A stretch of DNA of 64,000 bases from Eledone cirrhosa (taxonomy: Eukaryota). A model generated the notes under the pieces. That model saw only the letters and a program-made list of their open reading frames with translations. It was not told where the DNA came from and did no database searches. Positions 50,104 to 62,400 of this stretch are shown here, piece after piece. Position numbers and translations under genes: made by a program. Each line of letters starts with the position of its first letter. The first letter of the stretch is position 1. Location: assembly GCA_964016885.1 (NCBI GenBank), contig OZ024741.1, positions 275,776,001 through 275,840,000 on the forward strand. Reading direction: 5' to 3'.

Positions 50104-51078
50104 TGCCTGCAGGCAATAACGGAGGAGTTTAAGACCGGATGCCAATGGGAACTCCTGTATGCTGATGACCTCGCACTTATAGCTGAATCTATGGTAGAAC
50201 CAGAGAAGAAATTCCAAACATGGAAGCAGGGACTAGAAAGAAAGGGTCTCAAAGTCAACATGACAAAGACTAAGGTCCTTGTAAGTAGACGAGAAAACAG
50301 AACCCAGATCCCCCCCCAGGGAAATGGCGTTGCTCAGTATGTAGCAAAGGTGTAGGTAGGAACTCCATTCTCTACCCCAAATGCAAACAATGGGTACACA
50401 AGAGATGTAGCGGGATCTCAGGAAGCTTAATTAAGAATGTAGGCTTCACATGCAGCAGCTGTGCTGAGACAGCAAGCAGCAAACAGCCACAGGAAACAAG
50501 TACCCCCAATCTCTGGGAGGGCTCTGTAGAAACAGTAGACAGCTTCTGCTACCTAGGTGACTGAATTAGCAGCGGAAGTGGGTGTTCGGAAAGTACAATA
50601 GCTAGGGTAAGAACGGGATGGAAGAAGTTCAGGGAACTACTGCCACTGCTAGCTGCAAAAGGCTTTTCCCTCAAAATGAAAGGCAGACTGTATGATGCGT
50701 GTATCCAAAAAGCAATGTTACATGGTAGTGAGACCTGGGCGTCACGCAGTAATACAGAGTACCCGACCTCCCATGGGTACAAGCTGAAGCATATAGACAA
50801 TATGCCCCCACACCCACCACCGCAAGGTGGTCGTGGAGGTGTCACGGCAAAAAAGCACCCAGCCCACACTGTAAAGTGAACGTGTAGGCGCCACGAAAAA
50901 GCACCCAGCACTCACTGTAAATGAGGTTGGTGTTTGGAAGGGCATCCAGCTGCAGAAATCAAGCCAAAATTAGTTCCTGTATGAGCAAGACATGGTCAGC
51001 CGACCAGACACTGCCCACAACAGGACAACCCGTCTAACCCATGCTAGCATGGAAAAACGGTGATGATGATGATGATGA
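50104..51078 (+). mobile_element. Second tandem RTE copy with internal deletion
   Basis: Highly similar to 48778-50100 but lacks ~49407-49747; has its own (GAT)n tail. Confidence 0.85.
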
Positions 51079-51127
<49 letters not shown>

Positions 51128-51131
<4 letters not shown>

Positions 51132-51415
51132 CACATGGTTTTTGAGAGACCGGGTGATGTGTTGTTTCCTTGAGCAAGAGACTTTATTTCGCATTGCTCC
51201 AGTTTACTCAGCTGTAGAAATGAGATGATAGGGAGTGGGGTCCATATCATTCCATTGCAAAGTGGTCGTGGAGATGCCATGGCAAAAAGGCACCCAGCAC
51301 TCACAGTAAATGAGGTTGGTGTTAGGAAGGGCATCCAGCTGTAGAAATCAAGCCAGAATCAGTTCCTGTCCCACCCTTGCAAGCAGGGAAAAGCGGACGT
51401 AAAATGATGATTATG
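51128..51415 (+). mobile_element. tRNA-SINE sharing its 3' region with the RTE LINE
   Basis: ccttgagcaagagacttt central domain, ggtgttaggaagggcatccagctgtagaaatc and the RTE tail. Confidence 0.7.
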
Positions 51416-52114
51416 ATATATATAAGACTCAGTATCTGTATGTATTTGAGTGTCTGAGTGTATGTGTATAAATGTGTATGTGTACAGCTAAGTGTCTGTA
51501 TGTATATGTGTCTCTGAGTATATGTACATGTATCTGTATGTGTATGTATATATATGTGTGTGTATGTGGTTACTTATTGTTATTATACATTATTTATTTT
51601 CTTAATACCAAAACACCCCTGGTTCAATGATACAAAACTTCATATTTATCTAAAACAAACCTCCAATATAATTTTATGTAAGAACCTTTGTTATGTGAAG
51701 TTCCAAACCATAAGAAAACACCCCTGGTTTTATGATACAAAACTGTTTATGTTAAAGTGTTTATATTTATCTAAAAACCTTACATTATAATTTTGAGTAA
51801 GAATCTTTGTTCAGTTATGTTCCAAACACCAGATAAATAATGAGAAAGCAGCCCAAACTTTTTTCTACATGCTTAGTTGATCATGTAAATTAACATTACA
51901 TATCCAGTAGGACATTCTCACATCATTTATTTCTAAACTTTCATAAACCCTTCACATTCAAGGCCCAGGCTTCGCTACCATTGCAGCTCATATACAGCAT
52001 CATACAATCAACTCTTCATTTGGAAAGTGAAATATTTTGGTATAACTGTTCCAGCCTGTTCTTACTCTGGTTACTATGCTCTTGAATTATACACCTATCT
52101 GTGTTTGTTTATAA

Positions 52115-52335
52115 GGGATGTCAACATGAATGGACCTGTTATTTTTATCTAAAGACATTTTTTCCAATTCCACCCCGCCCATCCCCTCAATCTATCTTAT
52201 TTCTCATTCTTTCTTCTGATGAAGGACTAGCATCCGAAACGTTAAGACCCTCTTCCTGCTATATCAAGCGTTAACCTAATATATCCCTTCCATATACTGT
52301 ACCGATTGTGTTGTTATTTCTGTTTACTTTTACAT
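52115..52335 (+). mobile_element. PLE 3' segment with minimal HHR (52212-52247)
   Basis: tctt-CTGATGA-a-ggac/tagc/atcc-GAAA-CG-TT-aaga; followed by (TA)n. Confidence 0.65.
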
Positions 52336-52844
52336 ATATATATATATATACACACACACATGGGCACAGGCTAAATCTGAAGCATATATATAGTATACAC
52401 CATATATATATATATACATTTATATAGGGGTGTGTGTGTAATAGTAGTATGCATCAACGACAATGCATCAGTGAACTGAGAGAGAAACTAAGCAAATGAG
52501 GGGTCAGATGCAGCATACAGGAGAGGAGATTGCAGTGGTTTGGACATGATTGAGGATGACAGCTGTATAAAGAGGTGCAGGGTATTCAAAGTTGATGGTA
52601 ACAATGGAAGAGCAGGACCTAAGAATACTTGGGATAAAGTGATAAAACTGACCTTGCCCAAATAAACCTCACAAAGGAGCTGACACAAGATCAAGACCTC
52701 TGGCGTTATGCTGTACTACAGAAGAGCTGCTTCTTCATGTGGACAAAGTGAAATGAAACACACATGCAGGCATCACACTGGCTTGCAGTAATCCTCACCC
52801 CACCCTTTAATACCCCGATCACACCTAATCAATGTCAAACTCAC

Positions 52845-53170
52845 CTGATTCTGGTTTGATTACTACAACTGGATGCCCTTCCTAACACCAACCTCATTTA
52901 CAGTGAGTGCTGGGTGCTTTTTTTCTGTGGCGCCTACATGTCCACTTTTACAGTGTGGGCTGAGTGCTTTGTTGCCGTGGCACCTCCACGACCCCTTTGA
53001 AGTGGAATGATAGGGACCCCAGTCCTATCATCTCATTTCTACAGCTGAGTAAACTGGAGCAATGTGAAATAAAGTGTCTTGCTCAAGGAAACAACACATC
53101 ACCCGGTCTGAGAATTGAACTCACAACCTTTCGATTGCAAGCCCATTGCTCTAACCACTAAGCCATGTGC
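52845..53170 (-). mobile_element. tRNA-SINE (same family as 51128)
   Basis: The minus strand has A-box TGGCTTAGTGG and B-box GAGTTCAATTC, then gtttccttgagcaagacac. Confidence 0.75.
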
Positions 53171-53424
53171 CTTCACACACATATATATATATACACACAC
53201 ACATACATACATGCATATATATCCATGTAAGTGTGTGTATGTTTGTATACATGTAAGGCAGTCAATAGTTATTAAAGCATTAATCATTTGTTCCTTGTCT
53301 GTGTTCAACGTTCAAATCTCGCCAAAGTCTACTTTGCTTTTCATCCTTTCAGGCTCAATAATGATAGTAACAAGTCCAGTGCTGGTGTAGCCCATATTCC
53401 TTCCAACTGCCACACCCTCGTATT

Positions 53425-53760
53425 CAGTATCAAGAGAGGGAGGGATCAAGGGCGTGACTGTGACTGCTCACAAATACATGATCCCTTAAAATTCTGGATA
53501 TTCTGCTGGATCAAGAGAGGGGAGGACCAAGGGGGTGTCTGAACTTCTCACAAATACATGGTCCCTTAAAATTCTGGATATTCTGCTGGATCAAGAGAGG
53601 GGAGGACCAAGGGGGTGTCTGAACTTCTCACAAATACATGAGCCCCTAAAACCCTGGACCAAGAGGGTGCCTGTGACTGCTCACAAATACATGGTCTTCT
53701 AAAAACCTGGATATTTTGCAGGATTGAGAGAGGTGTTTCTGATTGACCACAAATATTGAT
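53425..53760. repeat. ~80-bp minisatellite
   Basis: cccttaaaattctggatattctgctggatcaagagagg..ctcacaaatacatg occurs at 53483 and 53563, plus degenerate copies. Confidence 0.75.
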
Positions 53761-54212
53761 TGGCCCTAAGATTCTGAGAGAAAGCATGATACATACAACA
53801 AAGTCATGCTTCATTGCAAGTAACAACTGAAGTGATATGTATCTCTTTAGCCAGAGTATGTCAGCAAGGATACAAACAATGTTGAGGATAGCAAAAACAA
53901 TAGTGTTTCTCCAACAAACCCTCCTTTGGATATTTGTTTTATTGTGGGTTACAAATACACTGTGAAACTGATAGGCACATTGAAAACTTGTGGCAAACAA
54001 TGTTATTATTTCTCACCAATTGTGACATATAGCAATAATTAAAAATAATTAGCATTAATTACACGGGAGTAATGATTACAAAAGATAGGTTAGTTTTTAA
54101 AAAAATTATTTAATTATAATGCCAGGGTCAAACATGACAAACATGAGAGATGTACAGTACATACAAGATAAAAAATAGAGAAAGGAGAAAAATCAATGTG
54201 TACACACGCGTG

Positions 54213-54258
<46 letters not shown>

Positions 54259-54359
54259 AATATATAGATATAGATATACAAATATATATACATGAGTACA
54301 AATGCATATATAAAGTATACATAACATACATACATTTATAAATGTATACATATATAAAT

Positions 54360-54392
<33 letters not shown>

Positions 54393-54490
54393 CATATATA
54401 AATATACATAAATGTATATATATATATATAAATATATACATACACATATATATATATATATACATGCATATAAACAAACACATACATGTA

Positions 54491-54544
<54 letters not shown>

Positions 54545-54566
54545 TAAATACGTACATAAACACACA

Positions 54567-54635
<69 letters not shown>

Positions 54636-54807
54636 TTAGGGTAAACATTGATGCAATTCAATTCAAGCACTCAACGTACTTATTCCACATAGGAGTGACG
54701 GAGTAAATATCGAATAAGGAACAGCTACTTCGCTTTTCCTTATTCGATTCTATATATATATATATATATAAGAAAAATAGAGTGCTGCATGGTTGCACAT
54801 GGGTTAC

Positions 54808-54940
54808 ATATGAATAAAATTAGTCCTTCATCAGTGATCTTCCAACCTTCATTGATATTTCATCGTTTTAATGATTTTTAAAGCGATGAAATACCAATGA
54901 AGGTTGGAAGATCACTGATGAAGGACTAATTTTATTCATA
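54808..54940. repeat. Fold-back palindrome with the 5' half of an HHR-like motif
   Basis: atatgaataaaattagtccttcatcagtgatcttccaaccttc... mirrored; contains CTGATGAaggac and ends in (TA)n. Confidence 0.75.
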
Positions 54941-55286
54941 TATATATATATATATATATACATACATATATGTAGTAAAAATACTGCTAAATACGTGTGT
55001 GTGTATATATATATAATTGAATATATATATACATATTGTACACACATATATATATATATATATACATATAATCTGTAAAATGGTGTTGCTGATAGGAAAG
55101 GTATTTGGTGGAGAAACCATACCCTAAGTGGAAACTATGTAAGAAAGAAGTGAATCACAGTCTGTCTGATAGGACAGTGGACAATGGAGAGTTGACAATG
55201 GCTCCGATTCAGTACTGACTTGGTCTATGACCACTCATACAACAATGCCAGTAGGGCTAAACGGACGTTAAATGATGATGATGGGG

Positions 55287-55358
<72 letters not shown>

Positions 55359-55439
55359 AAAGTTTATCCCAGGTTGAATCAGGGGTAACCACAGTAAGTA
55401 AGGTACTCAATACATAGCAGAGATATTTAATATAGAAAT

Positions 55440-55490
55440 GGCTTCTACATGACTAGAACTGTTTCATTCGGGAGAAATCATCAGGAAGCC
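55440..55490 (-). ncRNA. Type I hammerhead ribozyme
   Basis: ggcttc-CTGATGA-tttc..gaat-GAAA-ca..tg-TA-gaagcc; an inverted partial copy follows at 55493-55531. Confidence 0.6.
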
Positions 55491-55529
55491 CTGAATGAAA
55501 TAGTTTTAGTCCTGTAGAAGCAAGCCATT

Positions 55530-55561
<32 letters not shown>

Positions 55562-57279
55562 GACACATATATAATATATATAATTACATTTATAATATAT
55601 ATATATATATATATATGCACATACACAACCACACATATATATAATATATACATAAATATTATAGATACATATATATATAAATATTATATAAACATATATA
55701 TATAATATATACATAAATATAATATATACATATATAAATAATATATATATATACATTACACACACTCACACACACAATATATATATACATGTGTGTGTGT
55801 ATTACCAGTGATGTGGGTGTATATATCAGGGGAAAAAGTCTAAACAGGTAGCCTTCTTGTTCTCTTGGTGGTGGTAAATATTTCACATGACTCTCCATCA
55901 TTGCTCTTTCTTATTACTGGTATGGCTGCTGATGTACATCCTGTTGTTGTTGTTGCTGCTGTTGGTGTGCATGTTGTTGTTGCTACTGTTGTTATTTACT
56001 GCTGTCATGAGTTGCTTGTACTTGTGCCCCAACCAAACGCCCCAGTCCACTATGTAAAGGAAAAGTGCCAGCGTCAACAATAAAAAGCCCCCAGTCCACC
56101 CTGTAAGGTGGTACTGCTGGTGCCACAACAAAAAGCACACAGTCCACTCTATAAAGAGGTAATGCTGGTGATACAAACAAAGCATCCAGTCCTTCATGTG
56201 GTGGTAGTGCTGCTACCACAAAAACAAAAAAATTTAAAAAATCCCTGTCCACCCTGTAAGGTTGTAGTGCCTGGTGCAACAAACAAGGTGCCCAGTCCAC
56301 TCTGTAAAGTTGTAATGCTGAAAAAAGCTTCTAGTACATGCTGCATAGCAGTTGGCATTAGGAAGGGCATCCAGCCAGAGAAAACCAAGTGAAAAATAAG
56401 ATTGTATAAGCCAGAGATAACTATTTAGCCATAATGTGACAGCCCATCTAACCCATGTAACAATGGAAGATAGATGCTAAACTGTTATGGTGGTAATTGT
56501 TATTAGCTAGTACAGTGGGATCACCTTCCAGTTGGGGTATATTGGTGATGGTCAAATGGCCAGTGGGTCAAAGTAAGGGATCAGTGTTGAGGTTTAACAG
56601 TTGACCAATAACTAAAGACCCTGGCCACACCACAATCCAGGGGATTGGGTGATTTGGGTCAGTTCGGGTGTGGAAAAGGAGTGAAAGTCATGGGTCAGCT
56701 TGGTCAAAACTGGGCTTAAGAATTGGGGTGAGGTGGTGGATGAAAAGAGTTGTCAGTTTCATGAAAACTGGGCTGAAACTGTTGTTATTGTGGCTGTCTA
56801 GCCCCAGGTCAGCCTCAATTCAGAAACTCTATGGTCAAGAGCGTTCTGACTGTGACCATCCCATCTTTTTTCTAAGTGAGTGAATGTTATAGGTCAGCTT
56901 GGTCAGAATTAGGCTGGACTGGGCTCAAGGATTTGTGTGGAGTTGTTGTTTAGCTCTAATCTAGGTGACCTATGGTCAAGGGGGTTCCGACCATGACCAT
57001 CTCAGTGCACTGAGGAATACATTATTCAACGTGTGGTCCATTTTTCTCTGAAACGGTGAAACTGGAGCTCAAGTCGGTGACTTGAGAAATAGTTTAGGCT
57101 TGGAGGAAAATGTGGAGTTGGAGGTTAACCTGGTGTAAAAATAAAACACTGGGCACTTGGAGGTATAGCTGGGGCTAGATCTGTTTGGTGCAAACTAGGA
57201 GCCAGGAGAACTAGTTTAGGGTGTAGGTCAGCTTGGAAGAGTAGATTAGGGTGGAGATCACTTGGAGGCAGATGGGGTA

Positions 57280-57535
57280 CTGGAGGAATAGCTTTAGGTG
57301 GAGGTCAATTTTGAAAAAAATAGGGGACTGGAGGAATAGTTTAGGGTGGAGGTCAACTTGGAGGAGAATAGGGGACTGGAGGAATAGTTTGGGGTGGAGG
57401 TGAACTTGGAGGGAGATGGAGGACTGGAGGAATAGTTTGGGGTGGAGATGAACTTAGAGGAAGATGGGGGACTGGAGGAATAGTTTGGGGTGGAGGTGAA
57501 CTTGGAGGAAAGGAAAGTGAGAGGCTGGAGGAATA
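57280..57535. repeat. 48-bp minisatellite
   Basis: ggactggaggaatagtttggggtggaggtgaacttggag.. repeated ~5x. Confidence 0.8.
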
Positions 57536-57729
57536 GAAATTGCAGCGAAATCTCCCTCAAATCAAACCCTACTTAATAAAGAATGCACTGGATAATGTGG
57601 TCCTGAGTTCTCTGCTCAAGAAAAAGAAATGAGATGGTCATATCTGGAAAGCTTTTGATCATATAGGTGTACTGGATCAAGATTAACCTGTGGCTAAATA
57701 ACAACAACCAAATCAACTCTAAATACTAT

Positions 57730-57851
57730 CCCCACCATCACTACCACCAACATAACCACCTCCACCACCACTACCACTATTGCCGCTATTAAGACCATTA
57801 CCATCACCGCCACTGCTGCCGCCACTACTTCAATCACCACCACCACCATTG

Positions 57852-57884
<33 letters not shown>

Positions 57885-58100
57885 TCACCACTACTGCTAC
57901 CACTATCGCCACCACCAGTAACATGGCCATCACCATTCCAACTACTATCACCATCACCACCACCATTGCTACTACCACTACTATCATCACTATCACCACC
58001 ACTACTGCTGCCACCATCACCATCAACACCACCACCATTACTACTGCCACCATGACCACCACCACCATTGCTACTACTAATAACACCACCACCACCCTCA
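57730..58100. repeat. (ACC/ACT/ATC) low-complexity tract
   Basis: Directly visible. Confidence 0.8.
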
Positions 58101-58204
58101 CAAGGAGATAATTTTCCTATATATAAAGAAGTATATAAAAGATAGGTGGGTTAATGGTTGGCGGGGTTGGTGGTGGTAGTGTTGATGATGGCAATTATAG
58201 TGGT

Positions 58205-58490
58205 TGTGGTGGTGTCAGTGTTGGGAGGGTGTAGTGATAGTGTTGGTGGTGGTGTCAGTGTTGGGAGGGTGTAGTGATAGTGTTGGTGGTGGTGTCAGTG
58301 TTGGGAGGGTGTAGTGATAGTGTTGGTGGTGGTGTCAGTGTTGGGAGGGTGTAGTGATAGTGTTGGTGGTGGTGTCAGTGTTGGGAGGGTGTAGTGATAG
58401 TGTTGGTGGTGGTGTCAGTATTTAGAGGGTGTAGTGTTAGTGTTAGTGGTGGTGGTGGTGGTGTTGGTATTGGGAGGGTGTAGTGTTAGT
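58205..58490. repeat. 40-bp minisatellite
   Basis: ggtgtcagtgttgggagggtgtagtgatagtgttggtggt repeated ~6x. Confidence 0.85.
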
Positions 58491-58832
58491 GGTGGTGATG
58501 CTGGCAATGGTTTTGGTAGTAGTGTTGTTGTTGTTGGTGGTGGTGGTTCTGAGAGTGTCGTTGAAGGGAGTGGTTCTAGTGGTTCTGGTAGTGTTGTTGA
58601 GGCTGTTGTGGTAGTAGTGGTTGACAGCCATGTTGGTGGCGGTGGCAGCGGCATTGGTGATGGTGTTTTTTCACTACAGACATCATCATCATCAGTATCA
58701 TCCAAAAGAAATCTTTATTGAGCACAAGTGTAGCAAAGAGTAGAGTGGAATGCAGCTTTTGGGTGGGTGGGGTGAAGAAAGTGTTTGGGTGGGGAGTGTT
58801 GTGCTGGGGGTTGGGGGATGGCAATAGACAGC

Positions 58833-58957
58833 TCAGAACTGCTTCTTTACTCTCTGAGGGAGGATACTTTCCTGTGCGTATTTGAAGAAAGACAGCAGAC
58901 CATAGCGTTTCCCTTTTCTATTGAAATAATTGCTGACTACATCCATGTCTTTGTCTT
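58833..58957 (-). CDS. Probable terminal coding exon of an unidentified gene
   Basis: Acceptor ctctatatttcAG|AAGAC gives (E)DKDMDVVSNYFNRKGKRYGLLSFFKYAQESILPQRVKKQF*. An AATAAA lies at 58719-58714. Confidence 0.5.
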
Positions 58958-59436
58958 CTGAAATATAGAGATATAGATATATATTTATATAAATGAAAAA
59001 ACACTGTTGTCTCTGATTGAGACGAAGCGAGAGTGTATTTGAACACATAGTATAAAGATGAGAAAGCACATCGCTAGAACAACTGTCAAAGACAGCGATG
59101 GGCAAAAATACCTCAGAGAATAGAGACCAGCGGCCAGTGGTCAACAGAGAGACAATCCACAAGGTGGGTTACAGGCAGATGAGATATAGAAAAGATTGTA
59201 AGAGGAGGGAGACAAGGAGAAGTGTGTTGGTGCACAGAAGTGACTGGAAGAAGGAAATAAAGAAAGGTGATGTACAAGACAAGTTTACACACACATCTTC
59301 ACCTTCAACAGCTCTCAAACTAGCAAAATGGTTTCGCACGATTTAATTTCACATGATTTGCTTATATATATATGTGTGTGTATATATATATATATATATA
59401 TGTATGTGTTTGTGTGTGTGTATGTATATCTATCTA

Positions 59437-62400
59437 TCTCTATATATATAAATGCAAGTTTACCATTCTGTGTGTCTGCCTAAAACTAGCAAACTACCGG
59501 ACCAAACTCCTCAAAATTACATGTACATATTCACTATACACTCGGACAGGTAACAGTCGAAAAGGTTTTACTTTGCAAAGCAAGGAATTCATTTAAATTC
59601 AATTTATCTTATTTTCTAATGAATAGCAAAAGAGATCATCCATTTTGTTTTTTTATGTTCTCCAGTCTGTAGATAAGAGAGTGAGGGATGGGAGAGAGAG
59701 AGAGAGTGGGAGATGAGAGAGAGAGTAAGGGGATGAGAGAGAAAGACGATGAAAGAGAGAGAGGGAAAGTAACCAGCGTTAACTTTTATTTATTTATTAT
59801 TTTTACACACTTTTTAACTCTCCCGCTTCCTTAACGTTATTTATCTTTTATTTATTTTTTGTTCACTATTCTGTAGAGGATGAGAGAGAGAAAGAAAGAG
59901 AGGAGATGAGAAAGGGAGTGAGGCAGATGAGGAGAGAAAGACAATAAGAAAAGAGAAAAGATGGGAGAGAAAAAAAGTAAAGAGGTAGGAGAGAGGGAGG
60001 GTGATTGGAGGGATTCTTTACCTAACGTGTGTCTGCGTTTATATATATATTTACACACACACACGTGTGTGTGTGTTATGGGGGGGGGGGGGGGCGTTCT
60101 TTAGCAGACGATATATGTTACCATCAAAGCTTAGCTTCTACATATGTCTAAAGAAATCACAGATGCTTTTATAGAAGTTGTATATATGTATGTATTTAAC
60201 AGACAAAAAAAAACGGTATTTTTAAAAGATATTATTTGAATATATTATTTTCCGCTGTTATTTGAATTAACACAGAAAATATTTTTTTTGTAGTGTTTGT
60301 CGTTTTTTGGGGGGGAGTTGGATAAAAAATGATAATTTCAGAATACAATCTGAAATCCCAATATTTTCTACATATGTCTAAAATTAATTACACCTAATAT
60401 ACATTCATATAAAGAGATCATTTAAAACAACTTTACTGAGTGAACAATACATTCTATAGTTGTTTCTATTTCGGAAAGAGTGTGGTGTGTAATAATTGTT
60501 TCTACTTTTGGCACAAGGCCAGCAATTATTCCAGTGCATTACTGGTACTTTATTTTATCATGTGGTGTGTAATAATAACACTTCAAAAGCCTAGAAAACG
60601 TTCCAGATCATTATATGGAAGGTCATCTTCAGAGGCTAAGAGAAAGAAAACACAGCGATCTGAAGAAAATGAAGAAGTTTGGCATGCCCGTCTAGCTGCT
60701 AACAGAACCCAAACAGCTTTAGAACGAGCACACCATTTGGATGAAAGGGAACAAAGGACTGCTGCTACACGAGACAACAAATTAAGGAACAGCAGCAAAT
60801 CAGACGAAATGCTAATCAAGCACATCGTTCTACTGCCCGAGCAGAACAAGCCACAAGTAAAATGAACTGGCTGATGGGTGCTTTTTCTTATGACCCCCCA
60901 AAAGGACTACAGCAATAATCCACAAATCAACATTGGGAAAATGAACAAATGCTGCCAGTATTGTGGTGCCAAGAAGTGGACAGCAGAAACACCAAGTCTA
61001 TGCTGCTCAAAAGGGAAAGTGAGCCTTAAAACAATACAAGAATCTCCTGAATTTCTGAAGAATATGCTCCTTCAGCATACACCAGAAGCACGACACTTCA
61101 ATAAATACATCATAAAATATAATTCTGCCTTTCAAATGACATCTTTTGGGGCTGACAGGAATGTGACTGACTTTAGATTCTGTACAACTTATAAAATTCA
61201 GGGACAGTGTTACCACTTAATGGGTGGCCTTCTGTCACTTTCACAGGAACCTCACAAATTTGTGCAGGTTTACTTCATGGGTGGAAATGAAACACAAGCA
61301 CAACAAAGATGTACCAATGTCCATGGTGGATTGCAGTTCTACATAGTCATAATGTTACAAGAAATGCTTCACCAACATCACATGTATGTCAGTGTATTTA
61401 AATATGCACAGGAGCATATGAACAACACCAGAGATCATAAAATCATCATTAGGGCAGACAAACGCCCAGCTTCAGAACATGAACGCAGATTCAATGCACC
61501 TATCACTGATGAAGTTGCAATCATAATGGTTGATGAACAGCATGAACGACATGACATTGTTTTGCAAAAACGAAGTGGACATTTGGAGCAAATTTGTGAA
61601 ACTCATAGAGCCTATGATTCACTCCAATATCCGCTCATCTTTTGGAATGGTCAAGATGGATATCATTTTCAGCTACAGCAGATCAACTCAGGAACAGGAC
61701 AAGAAACTGGCCGATCAATCAGCTGCAAAGAATTCTATGCTTATCATTTCATGGTACGTGATCACTTCAACCAAGTTCTGCGATTCAAAGAAGTAACCAG
61801 CCAGTTTATGGTGGACATGTATGCCAAAATTGAAACAGAAATATTGGGTTTTCTGCAAAGGAATCAAACTAAGTTGAGGGCAGATAACTACATCCACCTT
61901 AGAGATGCCATCAATTCTGATGTTGACACAAGAAATATTGGCCAGCCAGCCATACTACCGGCAAGCTTCACAGGAGGACCATGTTACATGCATGAACGTA
62001 CGCAAGATGCAATGGACTATGTCAGAAAATTTGGTCGGCCAGATCTCTTCATTACATTTACATGCAATTCAAACAGGTCAGAAATATCAAATGAATTATT
62101 TCAAAATCAAAAACCAAAGGATCGACATGACCTCATTGCTCGGGTTTTCCATGAAAAGCAAAAAAAACTCTTCTGGCTCCTAAAAGAGGGAAGAATCTTT
62201 GGTGAGCTTAGTGCTTGGATGACCACTATTGAGTGGCAGACGAGAGGTATTCCTCACTCTCACACCCTAATCTGGTACAAGGAGAAGATAAGACCAGATG
62301 ATGTTGATAAGATCATTTCAGCAGAGTTGCCTGATAAAGGAGGTGATCCAGAGCTCTTTGAAACCATCAAGTCCAAACTCATTCATGGTCCATGTGGAGT

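Noticed and set aside
53100-53170. tRNA gene
   Set aside because: The A/B boxes run straight into a SINE body, and there is no complete cloverleaf.
53566-54000. Hydrophobic ORF as a membrane-protein exon
   Set aside because: It has a non-ATG start, no recognisable family and no convincing splice sites, and half of it is minisatellite.
54114-54670. YI/CV/HT-rich ORFs here and elsewhere
   Set aside because: They are translations of (TA)n/(CA)n microsatellites.
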